From IMG/VR virus record IMGVR_UViG_2541047959_000009: a stretch of 64,000 nucleotides of DNA, one strand, 5' to 3'. Source of the stretch: a virus. Lineage: Duplodnaviria; Heunggongvirae; Uroviricota; Caudoviricetes. Positions within the stretch are counted from its first letter, which is position 1. The number at the start of each line of letters is the position of its first letter. The position numbers and the translations under genes were made by a program. Of this stretch, positions 29,541 to 39,414 are shown piece by piece. The notes beneath the pieces are model-generated. The model ran no database searches and was not told the DNA's origin. It worked only from the letters and a program-made list of their open reading frames with translations.

Positions 29541-30050
29541 TCACAGCAAACCGAATGAAGCACCGAGGCCAGTCACGGTATCAACTGCACTCACCATCGC
29601 AGGATTAGCCTGTAAACGGGCCTGCAATGAAACAGCCGCCAGCGCCATCAGTCGTGTTACAGAGTTAATGCTGCTGATAGCATCACGACGACCGGCACTA
29701 GTTTTTACATCACCAGATACCGCACCTGCTGCAACACGCCCGATCTCTGCAGTTGCGCTCATGACGTAATGCGGCAGTTTCTCTTTTGCCACCTCATTAA
29801 TCGGTACACATGGCAGACAATGAATCTGTGCCAGAAAACCATCTACCAGCGTTGAATCTTCAGTCAGATCGGTAAGCAGCCAGATTTCTGGTGCGGTTAA
29901 TAAATGAGGCTGAGCTGGGTTCAGCTTGTTCCGCAGAATCTGCACATTCATGCCTGCACGTTCTGCCAGTTGCACCAGGTTGTGACGCAGTGCAAAAGCC
30001 CTACAGGCTTCATCGAAATGCGGATGTTTGGAAATCTTGTAATCAAACAT
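29541..30050 (-). CDS. cII: 186-type CII-like regulatory protein
   Basis: 169-aa [22 protein letters not shown]..., size and position after Apl match my recollection of phage 186 CII. Confidence 0.65.
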   Translation of the reverse strand: MFDYKISKHPHFDEACRAFALRHNLVQLAERAGMNVQILRNKLNPAQPHLLTAPEIWLLTDLTEDSTLVDGFLAQIHCLPCVPINEVAKEKLPHYVMSATAEIGRVAAGAVSGDVKTSAGRRDAISSINSVTRLMALAAVSLQARLQANPAMVSAVDTVTGLGASFGLL

Positions 30051-30082
30051 GGTGCCCCCTTAGAAAGTTCCCATAATTGAAC

Positions 30083-30325
30083 TTACTTACCAACAATGAC
30101 GCGGAAGTTGGAATGACCGAGGGATTCACGGACCTGATCAGTTTTGTACATCAGATAACGAAGGCTTACGCGGCCTTTATTTTTTTCTTTCTTGACCATG
30201 TACTTAGCAAGTTGACCATGGTGAATTTTTTGGTAAACAGAGCCACGGGAAATGCCCTCCCACTCTGCGAACTCTGCAGGCGTAGCCATCTCTTTTGGTA
30301 CACGAATTGAAATATCAGTACTCAT
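30083..30325 (-). CDS. apl: Apl/Cox-like excisionase-regulator
   Basis: 80-aa ORF, first gene of the operon divergent from the CI-like repressor. Confidence 0.55.
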   Translation of the reverse strand: MSTDISIRVPKEMATPAEFAEWEGISRGSVYQKIHHGQLAKYMVKKEKNKGRVSLRYLMYKTDQVRESLGHSNFRVIVGK

Positions 30326-30371
30326 AGTGCAGTATCTCTTACTTTGTGTGCGTGTTAGTTCGTTTTAGCTC

Positions 30372-30398
30372 GTCTCTTTAACTCTCACATCAAGAGAC
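30372..30398. promoter_or_regulatory. putative operator inverted repeat in lysis-lysogeny switch region
   Basis: GTCTCTT-N13-AAGAGAC between divergent apl and cI. Confidence 0.35.
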
Positions 30399-30446
30399 AC
30401 GAAGACATTACGATCTTGATTCAAGATTGTCAAATGGAGATTACCA

Positions 30447-31079
30447 ATGTTAAACATCAGAATGGGTTCCGATACGGGAGGTAAGGCAGCTATTGAGAGG
30501 CTGCTTGAGGCTTATGGATTCACAACTAAGCAGGCATTAAGCGAGCACCTGAATGTCTCAAAAAGTACTATGGCAAACAGAGTGTTACGTGACAGTTTTC
30601 CTGCTGACTGGATAATTCAGTGTGCACTAGAAACCGGTGTTTCGTTACTTTGGTTAGCCACTGGACAGGGAAGCATGAAAGAAGGATACGAGTCTGAGAA
30701 AAGATCTCATAACGAGAACAAACAAGCAATTAAACCGTTATCCAAACTCATAACTCCATCTATTCCTAAAGGAACCTTGGAAAATGGACAACTCAGTATT
30801 GATGAAGAGATTTTCCTAGACCACAGCATATTACCTGCAGATTATGAAGAATCGATGTTCTTAGAAACCCCTACTGATTGTTATCTCATCGATAAATCAG
30901 TTAAACAAGTCAGCAATGGATTCTGGCTTATCAATATTGATGGAATGATTATTATTGCAAAAATCATGCGGATTCCCGGCAATAAGATTGTAGTAAATCA
31001 AGATGAAGCGTCTTTCGAGTGCTCTGCCGATGATGTGGAAGTTATTGGGCGTGCAGTCAAAGTAATAAAGAGTATCTAA
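30447..31079 (+). CDS. cI: 186-type CI-like immunity repressor
   Basis: 210-aa ORF with N-terminal HTH (TKQALSEHLNVSKSTMANR) plus C-terminal domain; directly upstream of int. Confidence 0.75.
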   Translation: MLNIRMGSDTGGKAAIERLLEAYGFTTKQALSEHLNVSKSTMANRVLRDSFPADWIIQCALETGVSLLWLATGQGSMKEGYESEKRSHNENKQAIKPLSKLITPSIPKGTLENGQLSIDEEIFLDHSILPADYEESMFLETPTDCYLIDKSVKQVSNGFWLINIDGMIIIAKIMRIPGNKIVVNQDEASFECSADDVEVIGRAVKVIKSI

Positions 31080-31081
31080 AC

Positions 31082-32101
31082 ATGACTGTCAGAAAACAGC
31101 CAAACGGTAAATGGTTGTGCGAGTGCTATCCCAATGGACGCAATGGCAAGCGCGTGCGTAAGCAATTTGCTACGAAAGGCGAAGCCATTGCTTTTGAAAG
31201 CTTCACAATGGAAGAAGTGAACAAAAAACCATGGCTGGGGGAAAAGGAAGATCGGCGACACCTATCAGAATTAATTGAGCAGTGGTATTCCCTGTATGGT
31301 CAAACACTCGCAGACCCCAAGCGCCTCATAGCGAAACTTAGAATTATCTGTAATGGTCTAGGCGATCCCATCGCTTCAGAACTGACAGCCGGTGACTTTA
31401 CGAAATACCGCGAAGCACGGTTAAAAGGTGAAGTACGAAATGAAGATGGCACGTTTATGTCGCCCGTTAAGCCCCGCACGGTAAACCTTGAACAGCGCAA
31501 TCTATCATCTGTTTTTGGTACACTGAAAAAGCTGGGCCACTGGTCAGCCCCCAACCCGCTTGCTGGGCTGCCAACATTTAAAATTGCTGAGAGTGAATTG
31601 GCGTTCCTGACCCCGGAAGAAATTAAACGTCTGCTGGATGCCTGCGCCGATTCTCAAAGCTCCAGCCTGCTTTTGATTGCAAAAATATGCCTGGCCACCG
31701 GCGCACGCTGGAGCGAAGCCGAAAACCTGCAGAGTCATCAGGTATCAAAATACCGTATCACTTATACCAAGACCAAAGGCAAGAAAAACCGAACTGTGCC
31801 TATTTCTAAGGATTTATATGAAGAACTGCCTAAGAATAGGGGGAAGTTATTCACCCCATGCAGAAAAGCCTTTGAGCGTGCAGTAAAGCGAGCCGGTTTA
31901 GAACTACCAGAAGGCCAATGTACCCATGTTCTGCGCCATACATTTGCCAGTCATTTTATGATGAACGGTGGAAATATACTGGTACTGCGCGATATTCTTG
32001 GACATGCCGATATAAAAATGACGATGATTTACGCTCATTTTTCCCCAGATCATCTTGAAGATGCAGTAACTAAAAACCCATTAGCAACCTTGATGGATTA
32101 A
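31082..32101 (+). CDS. int: tyrosine integrase
   Basis: 339-aa ORF; C-terminal catalytic region HVLRHTFAS...MIYAH (R, H-x-x-R, Y). Confidence 0.9.
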   Translation: MTVRKQPNGKWLCECYPNGRNGKRVRKQFATKGEAIAFESFTMEEVNKKPWLGEKEDRRHLSELIEQWYSLYGQTLADPKRLIAKLRIICNGLGDPIASELTAGDFTKYREARLKGEVRNEDGTFMSPVKPRTVNLEQRNLSSVFGTLKKLGHWSAPNPLAGLPTFKIAESELAFLTPEEIKRLLDACADSQSSSLLLIAKICLATGARWSEAENLQSHQVSKYRITYTKTKGKKNRTVPISKDLYEELPKNRGKLFTPCRKAFERAVKRAGLELPEGQCTHVLRHTFASHFMMNGGNILVLRDILGHADIKMTMIYAHFSPDHLEDAVTKNPLATLMD

Positions 32102-32105
32102 GCAC

Positions 32106-33329
32106 ATGCGCAACATTATCGAATTAGAACAGATATCGGAAGAACTAAAAAAACATGAACTATTGCAACCCCCATTCATTGCCGAGGGAAAACTAATTTC
32201 TGACTTTTCTAAGAGAGTCGAGTGCTATTTAGAATTAATTGACTCCATTAGAAATAAATATCCTGACAACGAGATAATTAAACAAGTAAAGATTCGCACA
32301 AAATCAATAATATATTTATCTGATAAAATAATAGAAACTCTTAAGCTATTTTTAATAGGAAATGTTAAAGAAGCTTATAAAAAATTCGATTTGGCAATTA
32401 CCAAGTCATCAATGCATACTCATCTTTATAAGATGACTGTTCCTCTAACTAAATTATGCAACCCACACACCCCTTTATTTCGCGTAAGGAAAAGTGAGTG
32501 CATCCTAAAACAAAGAGAAGAATTATTTCATATACCATTTAAAAATAGACATTTAGTTAGCGCACAAAGATTTTCTGTATCCGGTCTTCCATGTTTATAT
32601 CTTGGAACATCAATATTTGTATGTTGGCAAGAAATGGGAAAACCTGACTTTGATAAACTTTACATATCTTCCTTCATATCCGATAAAGAAAATTCAAATA
32701 TAAGAATTTTAGATCTTGGGTACAATTTAACATCTGCACTTCGTACAAAACCGGGAGATCTTTGGTATTCATTCGAACAAGGTTCAGATGATGATTACGA
32801 TCTAAATAATGATAATTTCATGGATCAAATTAATGATAAAATTTCAAAGTTGATTGCATGGCCTTTAGTCCTTGCATGTAACTATACAAAAGATAATGAA
32901 AACGCAAGTTTTAATAAAGAATACATAATACCAAACCTATTAATGCAATGGATTAGTAGTGACAGAAACAAAAATATATCAGGGATATCGTATCGATCAA
33001 CAAAGATATTAAACCAAAAAGATAGCGATATTGGGATTAATGTAATTATCCCCCCAAAAATAGAAAACATAGTTGAAACCAATGATACCCACTGTCCTGT
33101 TTTAAAAAAAATATTTAGAGTTACAAACCCTGTTTCCTGGACTGTGTTTAGTACACTAGAAGCCACCCCCTATCTATACAAAAATAATTTTAATTTTTCG
33201 ACCTATAATCCCGCAAAAGGATGGATTGAAGACTTTGATGAATCCCTTGTTGAACATTATGAAAATACCACTTTTAGAAAAGTTGAACTCCTTATTCATC
33301 AAATGATGAAGTATGAATATTTAAAATAA
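32106..33329 (+). CDS. RES-domain protein (candidate NAD-targeting toxin/abortive-infection effector), 407 aa
   Basis: AT-rich ORF starting 4 nt after int stop; RES-like signature AQRFSVSGLPCLYLGTSIFVCWQE. Confidence 0.6.
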   Translation: MRNIIELEQISEELKKHELLQPPFIAEGKLISDFSKRVECYLELIDSIRNKYPDNEIIKQVKIRTKSIIYLSDKIIETLKLFLIGNVKEAYKKFDLAITKSSMHTHLYKMTVPLTKLCNPHTPLFRVRKSECILKQREELFHIPFKNRHLVSAQRFSVSGLPCLYLGTSIFVCWQEMGKPDFDKLYISSFISDKENSNIRILDLGYNLTSALRTKPGDLWYSFEQGSDDDYDLNNDNFMDQINDKISKLIAWPLVLACNYTKDNENASFNKEYIIPNLLMQWISSDRNKNISGISYRSTKILNQKDSDIGINVIIPPKIENIVETNDTHCPVLKKIFRVTNPVSWTVFSTLEATPYLYKNNFNFSTYNPAKGWIEDFDESLVEHYENTTFRKVELLIHQMMKYEYLK

Positions 33330-33445
33330 GAGTGGCGGCATAATGGCGGCAAAGAGTTAAAAACACATAAAACAAGGTAATACATCGTAAACTTAAGTGA
33401 TTGAAAATTAACATAAATAGTTGTTTTGCAACATGTTATAATGGT

Positions 33446-33490
33446 ATGTAGGAATTTCGGACGCGGGTTCAACTCCCGCCAGCTCCACCA
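33446..33490 (+). other. attachment-site core: 45-nt copy of ssrA (tmRNA) 3' end
   Basis: ATGTAGGAATTTCGGACGCGGGTTCAACTCCCGCCAGCTCCACCA matches the enterobacterial tmRNA 3' terminus; upstream sequence is not tmRNA. Confidence 0.85.
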
Positions 33491-33618
33491 ATCATGATTG
33501 GACGGTGTAAGGACAACACCAACAAAAACAGGAAGTTAGAAGTCTCAGCAGGACACCGACCAGACGGTGAGGAGACATAAAAGGATACGCAAAGGAGCCG
33601 CGGCTCCGAAGTGAAATG

Positions 33619-33646
33619 AAAGCCCGCTGATGCGGGCTTTTTTGCT
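33619..33646 (+). terminator. rho-independent terminator
   Basis: Stem AAGCCCGC/GCGGGCTT followed by TTTTT. Confidence 0.6.
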
Positions 33647-33875
33647 TCTTCTCTTTAGCCTGATTCGACACTCTCAATGCGGCCATAAACAACAACCCAC
33701 TTTTCTTATACCGTAGCCTGTCCCCCTCTTCCTGCTTTCTAACCATAACAGATGTGAGCGTTTGCTATGAGCGATATATAGTCATTCGTACCCTCCGATA
33801 CTAATCATCACAGAAATTAATATATTCATTCCTTACTGAAAAGCTATGAAGTAGATATATAGGATTGGGGCGCGT

Positions 33876-34073
33876 ATGGCACTGGACAGTTATGCATCTC
33901 CGAATATTATTCCGGAGCTAAGACAACCGAATGCCGCAGCAGGTAAGATCACGCTAGGGGGGCTGGACAGAATGGCTGTTACGCCCAGTGTGAAGAAAAG
34001 AAGGCTAAGTATGGTAGAATTTCCATACGCACAGACCTTGTTATCCGACTATACAGCCTGGAAGGCACTATGA
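33876..34073 (+). CDS. hypothetical small ORF overlapping start of downstream gene (ATGA)
   Basis: 65-aa ORF, 4-nt overlap suggests translational coupling. Confidence 0.3.
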   Translation: MALDSYASPNIIPELRQPNAAAGKITLGGLDRMAVTPSVKKRRLSMVEFPYAQTLLSDYTAWKAL

Positions 34074-34858
34074 CAAATCTACAACTGGAAGAAAGATTTA
34101 GGGCGCTTGAGAAAGATTACGATGCGCTCATTTCCACAAAATATACTGCGCAGAACGTTCTCACTCACACTATGGAAACCTATGTTGATTCTGGTAAATA
34201 TAAAAACTGGATCGCCAGAGTGAAAAAGTTAATAGAGGACAGCTACGGAAAAGAGTCTGATTATTACAATGACTTCAATACTGTAAACAGCAGGTGGTCT
34301 TCTAATTACAATACACTGATCAAAAGTTATAAACCGTTGTTTGATGCGGCGAGAGATGATCTTGCGCACTCTGCTGTCAGTACTAATACTCCTCAAGAAG
34401 GTTCGCCGCTGAGCCTCGTACTTAATATTCTTAACAGGTTTCCGACCTTTGTTCGCCAGTTAAAGAGGCGGTACAACGGCCGTGCGCCGCTTGAAGTTAA
34501 TGATGAGTATGACGTACAGGATTTGATTTATGCACTGCTGACGCTTCATTTTAATGATATTAGGGCGGAAGAGTATACCCCCAGCTTTGCGGGCGCGGCC
34601 TCAAGACAGGACTTTCTTTTGAAAAAAGAGAAAATTGTGATAGAGGTGAAGAAAACCCGTGAATCTCTGGGAGCGGGTAAAGTTGGTGGAGAGTTGCTTA
34701 TTGATATGGCGCGCTACCGCGCTCACCAAGACTGCGATACGTTGATCTTGTTTGTATATGACCCGGATTGCTACATAAATAATCCTTTGGGCGTGAAAAC
34801 CGATCTGGAATCTAAAGACGCGGAAGGAAAAGTGAAGGTTGTTATTGCGCAGTTCTGA
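34070..34858 (+). CDS. hypothetical protein with C-terminal PD-(D/E)xK-like nuclease motif
   Basis: 262-aa AT-rich ORF; ...RQDFLLKKEKIVIEVKKT... D-x(n)-EVK pattern. Confidence 0.6.
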   Translation: MTNLQLEERFRALEKDYDALISTKYTAQNVLTHTMETYVDSGKYKNWIARVKKLIEDSYGKESDYYNDFNTVNSRWSSNYNTLIKSYKPLFDAARDDLAHSAVSTNTPQEGSPLSLVLNILNRFPTFVRQLKRRYNGRAPLEVNDEYDVQDLIYALLTLHFNDIRAEEYTPSFAGAASRQDFLLKKEKIVIEVKKTRESLGAGKVGGELLIDMARYRAHQDCDTLILFVYDPDCYINNPLGVKTDLESKDAEGKVKVVIAQF

Positions 34859-34945
34859 CACGCTTAAGTGTCACCTTACAGGATTAGGTTTGCGGCCGTG
34901 CCAGCAGGACGAGCATGAAAAAGGCCGCTGGCACGGCCGGATTTG

Positions 34946-35239
34946 TCATCTTTGCCAGGTCAAATCAAAATCTACGTGAAAATCCGCAGGCTTAAGCTCG
35001 CAACTGCCACCACGCCCAATTAACGACGTTATGTTTACAACGTTTGAACCTGTTGAGATGGCAAGTTGAGTGTCATCTGTAAACGTGATGATTAGCATTT
35101 CAGTCTGATGAACCTGTACTCCAGTTTTCTGAAAACCAATCTGGACAGATTTCACCGTTTTCCCAACCATTTCACGGGCTTGATTGATAGAGTAATTAGC
35201 TTCAACTTGTAGGTCATTCCTGAACTTGGGTAGTGTCAT
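34946..35239 (-). CDS. hypothetical protein
   Basis: 97-aa ORF downstream of GIY-YIG gene on same strand. Confidence 0.4.
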   Translation of the reverse strand: MTLPKFRNDLQVEANYSINQAREMVGKTVKSVQIGFQKTGVQVHQTEMLIITFTDDTQLAISTGSNVVNITSLIGRGGSCELKPADFHVDFDLTWQR

Positions 35240-35449
35240 TTTACATCCTCTTTAGTGAAGTTTTCGCTATTTAAATCAGCAGCATTCCTTTTAAATCACT
35301 GGCATGTCAGCAGTGGATAGTCTGAGTGTAACGTCCAGTGAGGGGAATAAATATTGGTCAGACTTTGCACAAAAGAGCCAACTATCGCGGGCTCTCTCTC
35401 ATCATGTGCGAAAATTGACCACAATATGAAATCCAGTTCCATTCCGAAA

Positions 35450-36274
<825 letters not shown>

Positions 36275-36389
36275 TCAATTGACAACTTATAATCCCTACT
36301 AGTTAGCATTATGATTTCCAGAGTGAGGAATATAAAAATCTCTGTTTCTGGCACATAACAGCCCTTAAGATCGTAGCTCGCCATCATGG

Positions 36390-36430
36390 GGTGTCGGGGG
36401 GCGGAGGTTCAAATCCTCTCGTGCCGACCA
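36390..36430 (+). other. tRNA 3'-end-like fragment (T-arm, acceptor 3' strand, CCA), tRNA-Pro-like
   Basis: GGAGGTTCAAATCCTCTCGTGCCGACCA; no complete cloverleaf could be folded upstream. Confidence 0.4.
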
Positions 36431-36444
36431 AAAATCCCTTAAGA

Positions 36445-36470
36445 ACCAGCCTATTATGGCTGGTTTTTTT
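36445..36470 (+). terminator. rho-independent terminator after tRNA-like fragment
   Basis: Stem ACCAGCC/GGCTGGT followed by TTTTTTT. Confidence 0.65.
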
Positions 36471-36612
36471 ATGATTGTTTTTTATGCGGAGAAATACCGG
36501 GGAATAATTGGGGTAAAACACCTTTAGGCTATTCACTTAGCCTACCACCATCAAAATCTTTCCGAATGTATCCATCTCTTTTTTCTTATGCAGCTAAAAC
36601 GAAGTCTTGATA

Positions 36613-36628
36613 CTGTTTATTTACACAG
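36613..36628 (+). promoter_or_regulatory. LexA (SOS) box CTGT-N8-ACAG
   Basis: CTGTTTATTTACACAG ~44 bp upstream of DinI-like remnant. Confidence 0.5.
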
Positions 36629-36671
36629 ATAAGAATAATACTGTCTACAAACGCAGTACAAAAGAAGTGTT

Positions 36672-36850
36672 ATGCGTATTGAGATCTCCATAGCCAAAGA
36701 CAAAATGACCAAATGCCAAACGGCGCTGTGGACGCGTTAAAGGAAGAATTAACCCAACACATTGGCAAGCGTTATGACGATGTGGAGATGATCGTAAAAG
36801 CCACCAGCAACGATAGTTTTTCAGTTAGACATACTGCAGATAAAGATTGA
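36672..36850 (+). pseudogene. DinI-like gene remnant (frameshifted, truncated)
   Basis: [12 protein letters not shown]... then in another frame [35 protein letters not shown], DinI-like. Confidence 0.5.
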
Positions 36851-37214
36851 GCTAAAACTTTCGTTCAGGAAACTCTGAATGATACCTGAGAGTCTACTGA
36901 AGAGTTGTTTGTTCACTAGTTAGCACGTAGGAAATCATTCAATACTCGCACTATCGGAAGTTCACCAGCCAGTCGTAGCACGTCCTTGCAAACGACGTGC
37001 CTACGGTTTCAATCACCTCTCACCATCAATTCTATCAATAATAATTAAACAGCGCCTAGACAAAATAAATAACAACAAGTCAACAACCTCGACAGGATGC
37101 CGATGGGATGATGAAGAGATAAGAAAGAATAACCAGTAAAGCCCTAAAACGTCAGCGTTCAGACGCGTTTTTTACTTAATCGGTAACAAATACGTTGTAT
37201 CATAGCAAAATAAA

Positions 37215-39164
37215 ATGATTGTTCTAAATCAGATTAACTCCTCACTTTTGTACAATGTCGCTTACAGGTATACCATGAAATCCGAGACGCTAACTGTCCA
37301 ACAACTTTTTCAAGACCGCCGACAATACTGTGTTCCATTCTATCAACGTGCCTATGTATGGACTCAGCAAGACCAGTGGTCAGCTCTACTGGAGGATATC
37401 CTAGAGAAAGTACAATCCCGGCTCTCGGGTACAAAACCAACTCCCCATTTCCTTGGTGCGGTTGTACTGGAACCTCAATCAAAAAAAGGATTATTAGGTG
37501 TAGATTCCATACATATTATTGATGGTCAGCAACGATTGACCACTCTTCAATATGTTCTGGCATCCATCCGATTAGCATTACGTGCTACGGATCTTTCCAG
37601 CTTAGAGGCTCTCATTTCGCCTTGCCTGAAAAACTCAAACGAAGACACAATGCGAAATAAAGAAGTAGAACGCTTCAAACTGTGGCCAACTTTTCGGGAT
37701 CAAACTCATTTTATTCAAAGTTTTAATGTTGAAAATATTGACGATCTCCGGGACGTATTCTCTGATAGTTTCACGCAGCATGGTACGTTGCGTAAGCATT
37801 TTAATCACCCGCCATCACTAGAAGCATTATGTTTTTTTACTGAAGCCTTTATAAAATGGATTAAAATAGAAAACCACTCACCACAAGAAAATGCTGTAGC
37901 TCTAATTGAGGCTGTCTTAACAGATCTGAAACTGGTAAGCATATTTCTCGAAGCTGAAGATGATGCCCAAATAATTTTTGAAACATTAAATGGGCGAGGG
38001 GCGGAACTTCATGCTACGGATCTTATTCGCAACTATATCTTTATGTGCGCTGAGCATGAAAATATTAATGCTATTGAATTATATGAAAATGAGTGGAAGA
38101 GCTTTGAAGATAAATACTGGTCGGAAAAACAACGCCGTGGACGTATTAATAAACCACGCATGGAGTGGCTAGTACATGCGACATTGCAATCAGAAAGGCA
38201 ACGTGAAATTGATCTGTCTCGCCTTTACAATGAGTATCGTGATTATGTAAGTAAGGACTTGTCTTCACAACGAGCAGATCTGCAAGTAAAGCGCCTCAAA
38301 CAATATGCATCACAATATAAAGAATTGGTTGATGGTTTTGGCACAACCCCCATCTCACACTTTGGATATCGCATCGCAGACTATGATGTGACGACACTTT
38401 ATCCGCTTGCTTTGTTCATTTCGATAGCTAACATCGCTGATGATGAGAAAGCAGCCATGTATAATGATCTTGTCTCCTACGTAGTACGAAGAGCCGTATG
38501 TGGCCTGACGCCAAAGAATTACAACAATGTATTTATGAATGTATTGCGGCACTTGGCTAAAACGGAAATTTCCAGTGTTGAGTTACGTAATATCCTCAAT
38601 AACTTAAATGGCGAAGCCTCACGTTGGCCTGGTGACTCAGAATTTCTCAACGCTTGCATCAATGCTCCACTTTATCCTGGCAGGCTCGACGCACCGAAAA
38701 TGCGCTCAATGTTAACGGAACTTGAAAGAGAACTTTGTCGCCAAGTAAAGACAGAAAAGCCTGATGTTCCAAATCTTTCTAATCTCGATATCGATCATCT
38801 TATGCCTCAAAGTTGGTATTCCTGTTGGCCTCTCGAAAATGGTCGTATGGTGACAAATTCAGATGCTACGGTATTGAACCAAATTGTTCTGTCTGGAACC
38901 GATCTTACCCCTGAACAGCTACTGGTAAGGAAACGGCAACAAGCGATATCTACTTTGGGAAATCTAACTTTGCTTAACCTTAGCGTAAACCGTTCTGTTC
39001 AGAATGCTGTATTTCTGAAAAAACGTGATGCTCTCATCGTCCACACCAATCTACGACTGAACATTCCACTTATAGTTAAGGATAAATGGGATGAGGATGA
39101 AATCCTGGAGCGGGGTAAAAAGTTGGGGGAAATTGCATTGAAAGTATGGCCAAAACACGATTAA
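37215..39164 (+). CDS. GmrSD-family putative type IV restriction endonuclease (DUF262 + DUF1524/HNH-like)
   Basis: 649-aa AT-rich ORF; N-terminal PFYQRAYVW and IIDGQQR (DUF262/ParB-like), C-terminal DIDHLMPQSW (His-Me finger). Confidence 0.8.
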   Translation: MIVLNQINSSLLYNVAYRYTMKSETLTVQQLFQDRRQYCVPFYQRAYVWTQQDQWSALLEDILEKVQSRLSGTKPTPHFLGAVVLEPQSKKGLLGVDSIHIIDGQQRLTTLQYVLASIRLALRATDLSSLEALISPCLKNSNEDTMRNKEVERFKLWPTFRDQTHFIQSFNVENIDDLRDVFSDSFTQHGTLRKHFNHPPSLEALCFFTEAFIKWIKIENHSPQENAVALIEAVLTDLKLVSIFLEAEDDAQIIFETLNGRGAELHATDLIRNYIFMCAEHENINAIELYENEWKSFEDKYWSEKQRRGRINKPRMEWLVHATLQSERQREIDLSRLYNEYRDYVSKDLSSQRADLQVKRLKQYASQYKELVDGFGTTPISHFGYRIADYDVTTLYPLALFISIANIADDEKAAMYNDLVSYVVRRAVCGLTPKNYNNVFMNVLRHLAKTEISSVELRNILNNLNGEASRWPGDSEFLNACINAPLYPGRLDAPKMRSMLTELERELCRQVKTEKPDVPNLSNLDIDHLMPQSWYSCWPLENGRMVTNSDATVLNQIVLSGTDLTPEQLLVRKRQQAISTLGNLTLLNLSVNRSVQNAVFLKKRDALIVHTNLRLNIPLIVKDKWDEDEILERGKKLGEIALKVWPKHD

Positions 39165-39188
39165 TGCAATTAATAAAATGATTATAGT

Positions 39189-39208
39189 GGCCTTACATTA
39201 GTAAGGCC
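39189..39208 (+). terminator. hairpin downstream of GmrSD-like gene
   Basis: 8-bp stem GGCCTTAC/GTAAGGCC, weak U-run. Confidence 0.35.
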
Positions 39209-39414
39209 GCTACTCACTATTAAATACTTTAATTTGCATCAAGAACAGCAGTGTCAGCCCTAGGTCTCGGACTTTGTACCGCTTATCTTGTCTTCAAAAA
39301 TCAGCTCGCATCCTGCACAGTTCAGCGCATTACGTTGTAGATCTGTGTTCTGGTCATTTGTTGACACACGTACATAGCCAATAAGCATGGTAGATCTCCC
39401 TGACAAAAGCAGGA

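Larger units (their letters stand above)
1..33490 (-). mobile_element. P2/186-family prophage (left end lies beyond window start)
   Basis: Complete P2-order late gene set, replication gene A, integrase and ssrA 3'-end att copy at 33446-33490. Confidence 0.85.

Noticed and set aside
29237-29563. 108-aa ORF overlapping 29142-29366 and the CII-like gene
   Set aside because: Overlaps neighbours by >100 bp in another frame; the 74-aa ORF with a GGAG RBS was preferred, though a short upstream gene cannot be excluded.
33492-33746. 84-aa minus-strand ORF
   Set aside because: Spans the att core flank and a terminator, has no RBS and a low-complexity translation.
36340-36430. Complete tRNA gene
   Set aside because: Only T-arm, acceptor 3' strand and CCA are convincing; the upstream sequence gives no D-arm or anticodon arm and the acceptor 5' strand pairs imperfectly.
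39165-39414. DNA invertase (Pin/Gin/Hin-type) gene adjacent to the inverted repeats
   Set aside because: Searched both flanks; no ORF of suitable size or with a serine-recombinase motif is present. The absence is reported as part of the cassette finding.
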